A stretch of 64,000 nt of DNA from Blasia pusilla (Eukaryota): NCBI GenBank assembly GCA_050084515.1, contig CM114271.1, forward strand, positions 24,428,001 through 24,492,000, written 5' to 3'. The notes under the pieces are model-generated. The model did no database searches. It was not told where the DNA came from and was given only the letters and a program-made list of their open reading frames with translations. How positions within the stretch are numbered: position 1 is the stretch's first letter; every line of letters starts with the position of its first letter. Position numbers and translations under genes: made by a program. This document shows, piece after piece, positions 55,301-64,000 of this stretch.

Positions 55301-56250
55301 CTTGCGAAGGCATTATGGGTTGTGATGGAGTTCCATCCATGGGCTGCACATGCAAGTAAATGGATGAATAAACTAAACTAGAGACCATTTGATGAGCAAA
55401 GATTAGTGAAGTCATAATGACAGGCTTCTACCACTCAATTTATTACATACCAATCATACATATAGAGATAGTTGAATATTCCTCCATGTGTACAATTACA
55501 TTACCGCATCGTTTGTATTGGTGGAATTTCGTACACTTCCTTGTTTGGATGGTTCGATTGGACGCTCCTTCAAAACAGACATTTCGTTGTGAGTTAATTC
55601 TGAAATCTGAAGAGAGTAGCAAAACAACAAGATGTGAAGAGAAAGTACCCTCCCATCCTCCAGCCACAAGTCGTCATCGTCTTCAGTCCCCAAGAAGTCC
55701 ATCTCTAGGAGTGGATTATAATAGGGGTCTTTGGAATCACTATCTGAACAATCTTTTCGAATCTCCTCGGGGATTACACTTTGGTTAGTGGCCTTCTCCT
55801 CCAACCGTAAGCTGCGTCTTTGTGGAAGGGAAGGATTCCAAAATGGCAAAGGCTTGCGCTCCTTCACAACCCTTGGAGCAACAAACCTTCAAAATATGAT
55901 CACACAAATTTTGTCATATTTTCTAATGTACAACCACTATATGAACATGATACACTTGACCAAATAAAGCAAAAGAAAAAGATTATCCAAGATCATACTT
56001 ACCAATCCTTCAACCCACCAAACAACTCCGCCTCTTTGGCCTTTCTCTCTTTCACTCTCTGATTCCTTTCTTCTTCGTATGGATTAGGACTTTGTTGAAC
56101 ATTATCTATACCATCCCAAGATGAACTCTGATTGATTCCACGTTCTCTTCAGTCATATCAGGTACACCGTTCCAAGCGCCTCCCTCCCTCTGTAGACGAC
56201 AAGTTAGCAAGAATAACACCTAACTTGACGGCAATTCGAGAGTTCTACTT
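52340..56250 (-). pseudogene. CACTA ORF2 (TnpA-like), intron-containing, decayed
   Basis: PCHPDTNEESWNRLVDYWLSEEGKMKAEKMARARAKV (54151-54360) resembles the En/Spm Ptta/Transposase_24 region. Extent approximate. Confidence 0.6.
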
Positions 56251-56559
56251 GTTGCCGTAGAGTTTCATTCCATTATGCCCAACAACACCAGAATTCACTT
56301 ACATCCTCGTAACAAAAGTCAATTATTTGAATCATACAAAAGAAAACACAATGATGAGTACCAAAGAAACAACTATGAATTAATCTAATCTGATTCGAGT
56401 TATTAGAGTCCGAATCAATATCTTCTATCATATCGCATACATGGATTATTGGCACATGTTGCACATCCACTCTAGCACTTTCCATCTCTGCATCACTTAG
56501 GACTCTAGCTCCTAAGGTACTTGCATCTCAGTAGATTCCTGGTTCCATGCATGTGGCAT

Positions 56560-59500
56560 GGAAGGTGGGCAAAACATTACAAGCTCCATCTAGCGACTCT
56601 AAGTCATCAAAATAAACTCTCCGAGCTCTAGCTTCCTTCCTCATTACCACTTTTCATCCTCCACCCTCATCGGCATCTCCATAAAACACTTGTTGCACTT
56701 GTGATGGGAAAACAAATGGCTGGTGATCTAATGGCTCGCATGACCTCAAGTTGGCCAACAGAAAACCCTCCTTATCTAATTTCATGGATCCTACTCTTGA
56801 ATCCCAATTTGCTTTAACCCACCGCCCTCGCATTAGTATTATGGGTTGTTCTACAACCCCATAATCAAGTAAGAGAATATCAACCAACACCCCAACGTAT
56901 GAGTATAGACAATTCTGGTTGGAACTTTTTTCATCAACAAACACTACACCTATTCCACTATCATAAGTGGAGAAGGGTGTCGCACCACTTGGCCCTTCTA
57001 CCCTGAAGTGGTTTCCGTAGGCTTTCATACTCTTGAATAACAATGCCCTACTATTAGGAGGTATAGCTAACGATAGTAGGTGAGCATCGGGATCTTTTGA
57101 GTTGTCAATTGCATCTTGTGTAATGGCAAGCTTAATCCACTTTTCAAAAGGAATGTCTCTCGAACATGACTGATATTTCTGTTCAATAACAATGTTAATG
57201 GTATTAGTACATTCTTTTGTATTTAATGTGTCAATACCAAAATAATATACACTTTGAGAGTCCGAACTGTAATTCACATAACTATAACCTTGAAAAGCAT
57301 ATATTGGAGAGTTTTACCTTTGCCAATCAACCATGACCTCTGTATTATGCAACACATAATGATGTGCTAAGTTGATCATTTCTCGAAAGTCGAACGGAGT
57401 GCTGCACCTTCTAGCTCCTCACCAACGACCCCCTCTTCCTCCCCATCATCCCACACTCGCGTCCATACGTCTTCAAACCTTTTCATATACTCGGTCACAA
57501 ACCCTAATGCCTCGTCCTTCACATACCCATCGCCATACACCCCTCGGTCTAGCTTTAGACCGTACATATTTCTTCATGTACCCCATATATCGCTCCATTG
57601 GATACATCCATCGACATGCCTCTTGGCCCACACATGTCCAACTCTTCTCGACATGAATCAACAAATGTGTCATCACGTCGAAGAAAGATGGAGGGAAGTG
57701 CATTTCAAACAGACAAAGGGTTATGGCAGTCTCTTCCAAGGGTTTGTCAAATAAAGCTGGATCATACACCTTTGTACACACCATTCTAAAAATGCCGGAT
57801 AATCTAATAACCACCATTCTCACGTGGTCTTTCAAAGACCACGGATGCAATAAGGAAGGACTTGCTTTGAATGAAGACATGGTAATCATGTGATTTCATA
57901 TTGCCCAATTTTCGATTAACCACATGCTTTGAGAGTTCTCCACAATATCCAGATGGCACTTTCAAGTTTTGAATCCTCGAAAGGAAAGTGTTCAAGTCAT
58001 GGGGAGATGGACAATAATCGGAAACTGGTTTAAGCAAAACTTGGGGTTTACTAGGATGGGGTTGCAACCACAAATGGGATCGAATCCCACGGGCCTCCAG
58101 ATCTCTCCTTACTTTCACAGTATCTTTCACTCCAAATAAGGTCTTGACTAGATTCTCAACGATATTCTTCTCAACGTGCATTACATCTAACGTATGGCGT
58201 ATAAGCAAATTCTGATTGTATCGTCAAGGAAGCATGGACATCTCACAACTTCAACATGATAGCTAATATTCACAATCAAATCAAACAAAAGCTATCCTCC
58301 TCTATAGCCACTATTTCATAACATAAAGAATGGATAATCTGAGAGAAGGAGCGGGATACTCGCCAATATGGCAACGAATATAGTATACTCAGCCTTTTCA
58401 CCCGAGTTCTCTTGTAGGGATTAGTAGGGCCGTCTTCTCGACCCCCACTCTCATCATATGCATGTTTTTCATTTGCCCATCCAATAATCTCTCTGGAAAG
58501 TAGTCTAGGCACGCGTGGTCTAAGTTCGCACTCCCGTTGAAGTGAGATCCATACCTGCGGGTCCTCCATGGATGGCTCAATGGGAGATATCGACGATGAC
58601 AACCGTATATGGGCTTGCCACAAGACTTTGAAAAATCAGAATCCACTCGAGGCCCGCATATAGTACATCCTAATTTTCCACCATGGCTCGCTTGACTATA
58701 GTTCCGTATGCCGGGTAATCATTTATGGTCCATAGTAAGGTAGCCCGAACATGAAGTTCCAACTTCCGCCTACCTTCCGGACGTCATGAAATTGAACCCC
58801 TTTCCACAATTCTTGGAACTCTTCCACTAGAGGAAGCAAGTATATGTCTATGTTTTTCCCATTTACACTTTCCTTTCTGGTATGATCAAAGAGAGCATCA
58901 CAAAGAATTTTTTTATCCGGAGCCAGGAGGCAAGTTATAATTAACAAGAAGCACGGGCCATGTTGACCACAAACTCGACTTGTCTGAAAATGGATTCACT
59001 CCGTCCAAAGCTAGCCCAAACGCAATTCCTCTTCTCCTCGGGAAAGTCCGGATATAAGTTGTCCATGTGGCGCCATGACTTGCAATCACTGTATGTCTTA
59101 CTAAGCTATCCTTGCTCGATTCAAGGGGCCCATGTTAACAATTCAGACAACGTCTTGCATCTAAACATACGTCTTATCCGAGGTATGACAGAAAATGCCT
59201 TAATACCTTACATGGTACCAACGTTCTACCCACGTCCGAACCTTGGTTTCCCACATAATGGACAGATCTGAAGCTTGCCACCAAATCACCCCGGAATAAA
59301 ACACATCCAGTGGACACGCATGGATCTTTGTTGTAACCTAAGCCTAGTTTACCAATGAGTTTTTTGCTACATAATAACTCGGTGGCACCAAGTTCCTGCT
59401 GGTAGGACCAACTTACAAAGGAGTTTCGAAATTCGTCAATAGCTACATTTGGGACGCCATGGGTGGTTTGAATGTTAAATAGTAACATGACAAAAGCCAA

Positions 59501-59999
59501 AACAGATGTTTTTTTGAGGGGAACAAGGGTTTGCAAGCTTCAAGACCAAGCTCCTCATATTCATCTCCATGATTGAATGGTGGTTCTTCGTTTGATATTC
59601 CGGTTCTGGTAATTCATCAGATGAGAGAGATGTCTCTTGTTTCATCCTCGTGTATATGGTCGTATTTCTGGAAAATATCATTGAGCATTTTATGAACGTC
59701 AATGTGCTCGTCTATATCCGCCATGGAAGATCTCTCCCTTCCATCCACATGGAAGGTGGGGTGACTCCATTGTCTTATCCTCTTGGCTTCTTTTTTTCAG
59801 CAAGATCATGCATAAGCCACTCCTCATCTGAAGAGTCCCATCCATCCCTAGATTTTGGCACTCGACTAAGCGCCGAAGCGTCCATTTTTTCTCAAATGTG
59901 CTTCCACCTTGCCGATGGACAACGTAGACCCACCCTTATGGTCATTGCACGGACACGCAATCTTTTACAACCAAGACACTAGCACGTGTGCTTTCCCAT
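56560..59999 (-). pseudogene. CACTA transposase (Tnp2/TnpD family)
   Basis: IDIYLLPLVEEFQELWKGV, LYSLPYW, IRHTLDVMHVEKNI, MKSHDYHVF, FPPSFFDVMTHLLIH, RWMYPMERYM and PFVFPSQVQQVFY. Confidence 0.93.
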
Positions 60000-61729
60000 T
60001 GCCACAACTTGGAATCATGTGCCTTTACTCTAATGGGTGGTTCAAATCCATTCTAAGGGATTGAAGTAGATTCCCAAAGCGTGAATGAAACATTCCAAAC
60101 ACATCCAAAACCATGACATCTTGCCTCAATAACGAATTCCATAAACCATGGTGGTGAGCTATCATCTGAATGCATACTCACGTGAAGTCAAGACAAGTAT
60201 GATAAGGCACGTTTACCTAACCTGGTTCTTATCTCGATGGAGATCTCAATCATCACTAACAATCCTCACCGATGCGGTCCAATGCTTCCAACGACATTCT
60301 GAATGACAATTGTAACACACCCAAATTCAGATAATGACTAGTCCTTTGATATGTACACTTCATCATGGCCCTCGTCTAATAAATGTTTCCAGCGAATCAG
60401 TCTTGATGAATGCACAAGAGAATGAATCTGGAGACATAATCTATGTGCCCCTTTCCTTAGTTGGGATCTTTTGTCCGATTGGAAATTGGTAAAACATAAC
60501 TCGAACTGATTATTCATGTTTATCTATTGAGCTTTCGCTTCAAAGAATGAGTTGGTTTCATCATTACCTAGTTTAATGCTCTACATTTAATCATCGACTC
60601 GGTTGGAAACTTTAACTTTTGTTTCATGAGAAATTGGTGGAAATCTTGAGTAATACCTGTAATAGAGTGAAGGGCCATGAAGACGAGGTGAGTAGACTAC
60701 TTTTGAGGACACAAATCCCAATCAATCTTTCGGCATGAAGTAGTTCTACTTGGACGCTTAAGATGAAGTATTTCCCAAGAATTGACGCTTAATATTTCTC
60801 TGAATAGACAAGAATTAGGCGCAAAGATTTTTCAATCTATCACTCGGACCAGCGCTCCCGTTCGGACTTTACAGGGGACATAGCTCGAAAGGGTAAAATG
60901 ATTTACATGATTCTATAGCGCTGATGTCATGTGTTTTGGGCGGAGAGCGCAAATGCAGTGCCATTCTTTGAGAAGGAAAGAGAGAGTGAGGTAGTAGAAT
61001 CGAGGCTCAAGAGAGTTAATGCACACTCAAGAGCGACTCCGTGTAGCTCAAAGAAGACGCAGACTCACGATAAAGGGCGAGGATGGTCCGAGTGCACATG
61101 ACTCTGGTGTGACTTCTGGTCCTCGGCGTGGGCATGCGGATGATGGGCAAGGTGAAACAAGACGTAACACCCTTGAAGTGGAGAATGAAGAATTATGCAA
61201 AGAATCTGTTTCATACCTAAAACACCTTCACCTGGTCTACCATCGTAACGAGCTTCTCAAGCGGGAGAGCGGGTCCAAAGTAGACTCATATCATCAAGAA
61301 AATTCTCGAAAGCACAACCGGACTTTAATTGTTGGCATCAACAAACAATTGGTAGCAGATCTTAGAAGCACAATCAAAGAGACTCAGAACGTCGTTAGAA
61401 TTGGAACAGAGACATTCCAAACATGAGTCGAGTTACAAAATAAATTAGCAAACATTCAGGGCCGTGAGTTTGAACTTCAAAAGCGAGATAGTACTCTGCA
61501 AGAGCGCTACAAGAGCAAGTCCGTCAGTCTAATGAGCAAACAACTTGTCGCCCAAATGTAAAACAGAGGGCTTCTTTGAAAGTCTTTGAACGACTCTCCA
61601 AATGAACTTGAGTGAGCCAAGCGTGCCAATGAACAAGTTGAAAGCGTTGAAGGAGCAAAATCACTCGTTGTGCGAGATCCACAGAGCGAATCTTTGAAAT
61701 TAAAGCGATGCTAGCACATCGCGAGAGCG

Positions 61730-63110
61730 GTGTACTATAATGCAAGCTAAAGACGATTCTATTATCCTGATTGCAATGGTTGATTGCCTTGGCAAGGTGG
61801 GCAATTTTAGTGCCGCATGAAATCTATTTTTAGAGATGAAAGAGAAGGGCTGTTCGTTGGACGTGGTTTTCTACACAAGAATGATTGATATTTGTGGGAA
61901 GTGTGGTTACTATGAAAAAGCCGTTGAGTTCTATGATGAAATGCGAAGGTTGAGTGGAGCCAAATATATTTACTTATAACATTCTCATCAATTGCTTGGG
62001 AAAATATGGCAATCATACTGCTGCTCACCAGCGTGGTTGTGAGCCTAATGTAGTCACTTACAACACCCTCATAGATCTTTACTCTAAAGCGAGCAAACCG
62101 AGGAACTTAGCATGGAAATCTTGATGGCTTACAAGCTAGCGCTTACGGTATCCCGGACTCGGATACTTTCATCACAATGATGGAAACTCTCAGTGAAAAG
62201 CCGGGCAAGTACAAGAAGTTGAGAATATGTTCGGAAGATGAAGGAAGTGGGCATGATGTCGAGGGCTTCCAAAGATACAATATCTTGATTGATATGTGGG
62301 GCAAAGCGAGGTAACATTGAGAAGCTAAGTTTACGGCACAAGGACTTATTAGATTAGGTTAACCCTGGATCACGTCACTCTTAGAAGCATGATATCTACT
62401 TATTTAAGAGTGCATATGTATGATGTTGTGAAAAAAGCTTGATCATTGATACTATGTCCACATTGGGCATCATGATTGACTCTAGCATGAGTGCAATACT
62501 CCTTCAACATTGCTCGGGGCTAGAACACCAGGAACATGTGGATGGTCTGCTGAGTGTGCTAGCAAACACGAGACACCCGCTTATGCCTTTGTAATCATCG
62601 ATTGGATCTCAAGTGAGGACATCACAACATATTATGAACGCTTCTTTGATTCTTTGCCATCGAAGAGAAGGATGGTAAATTAATTTTCCTTGATGCTTTG
62701 ATCATGTTCCTCCACAATCTCGGCCGCAAAGTGGAAGCAGGGTGTGTGTCTGGGACTATCTTTGTTAGCCATGACTTCTTTCCTCAAGTCGTTACCATAC
62801 AAACTACACCTAGTCATTGGTTTATGGACTTTCATACCATGTTAGTTGGGAGAGCATTAGTTGCCCTCACAAGGACGTTAGCCACATTTAGGGATGCTAT
62901 GATTACGAACTAACTCGGATCAGGTCTTTATTATTCTTGTTTGGGGGGCAAAGGAAGTGGTGCTGGATGTTCAGATCAAACAAGTGTCAAGAGAAGTTGT
63001 ATGCCCTCCGATCTCCTTTCTATGTGAGTGGGATGAACTTGGGTTGCTTTTTTTTTTGCGAAGGGGAACCTTTTCTTGATTGGGTGCAGCGACTTACTCT
63101 GGACTAAGCT
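61730..63110 (+). pseudogene. PPR-SMR protein pseudogene or gene fragment
   Basis: PPR motifs MVDCLGKVG, MKEKGCSLDVVFYTRMIDICGKCG, GCEPNVVTYNTLIDLYSKA and YNILIDMWGKA. SMR-like HWFMDFHTMLVGRALVAL. Many frameshifts and stops. Confidence 0.8.
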
Positions 63111-64000
63111 ACCACTATGGATACAAGTTAATGCTACTCCTTGGGTCATCAAGTGACGCTTGAAAAATCATCTTATTTACGTGCTACAAAGTTCACTTTC
63201 CAGACTTGTGAGTGTATCTTCGATCATCTCTCGGTTTGGATTTCCTCATCTCTGTATATATTTTTGAGGGACCAAGTTTTGTCTACCTTTGATTGTGTCC
63301 ACTTCTTTCATGTCCGGTGTGCAAAATAAATTCCCTAGAGTTTATCGATACTACCTTGGAGTGATATTTTCTTATGGAAGATAGACCATCCGTTAAAATA
63401 GTTGTCCTCCTTTCTTAACTGGATGATCTACCTTCCATAAGCAAAGTACTCATGCTACTCGGCGTTTTGGTTTCAAAGCACATATGCTAAATTTCGAGAG
63501 AAGGATATATGGGCAAGTATTCAAGAGAATATTTCTCACCCTCGAAGCTTCAAATTATCTCAGTATATCCTCTTTTAGAGCCTTTTGAAAAGTTCTGCAG
63601 TGAAAGAAGCTTTACATGTTCTTTGACACTCACCAACCATAAAAGGTAGAATCGAGTTTGACTTGAACAACTCGTGTTAGCCAGATTTTTACCTAGCCTA
63701 ATTAGATACTTTCCATACAGCGTAAAAGAAAGAAACTTTCAATTTTAATGAATTTCGTGTCCTTGTTCAGAATTAGAAATGCAATGGACATCCGATTCAA
63801 GATCGTATTCTTCTGAATCGATGCTTATCATAGTTGTCTTTGCACCAACATTGTTGGTGTATGCACACCTTTGGATGTGGAAAGATGTTGGGGTATCTAT
63901 TTGGAAGCTCAAATATGTTGGAGGTTTGTTGAAAAGCAAGCACATGATGGCATGTTAGGAGACGGATCTCGAAGGAAAATTCATTACCAATCAAGTCTAA

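Larger units (their letters stand above)
51327..60050 (-). mobile_element. CACTA (En/Spm) DNA transposon, decayed; second terminus not identified
   Basis: Terminus CACTAGTAGAAA at 51327, subterminal ATGACTA/TAGTCAT repeats, a TnpA-like ORF and a Tnp2 transposase. Confidence 0.92.

Noticed and set aside
63300-64000. Possible coding fragments at the window end
   Set aside because: Short ORFs with no motif I can recognise.

Overview
Eukaryotic, plant-like DNA; gene and transposon content suggest a non-seed land plant such as a bryophyte (inference). One intact host gene is present, a six-exon ALKBH9/ALKBH5-type RNA demethylase (minus strand, 19971-22866, 512 aa). It is surrounded by decayed, nested transposons: a near-complete Ty3/gypsy element (32666-40273) and related LTRs, copia remnants, a LINE remnant, a P-element-like transposase remnant, a CACTA element and a PPR-SMR pseudogene. 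Two results stand out. First, a gypsy-type element (two copies in the window) carries a DNMT3-like cytosine-5 methyltransferase domain in frame between protease and the RT linker. Second, a 66-codon ORF inside the LTRs of two diverged gypsy families shows a codon-level signature of protein selection. All calls come from manual translation and motif recognition; no searches were run.
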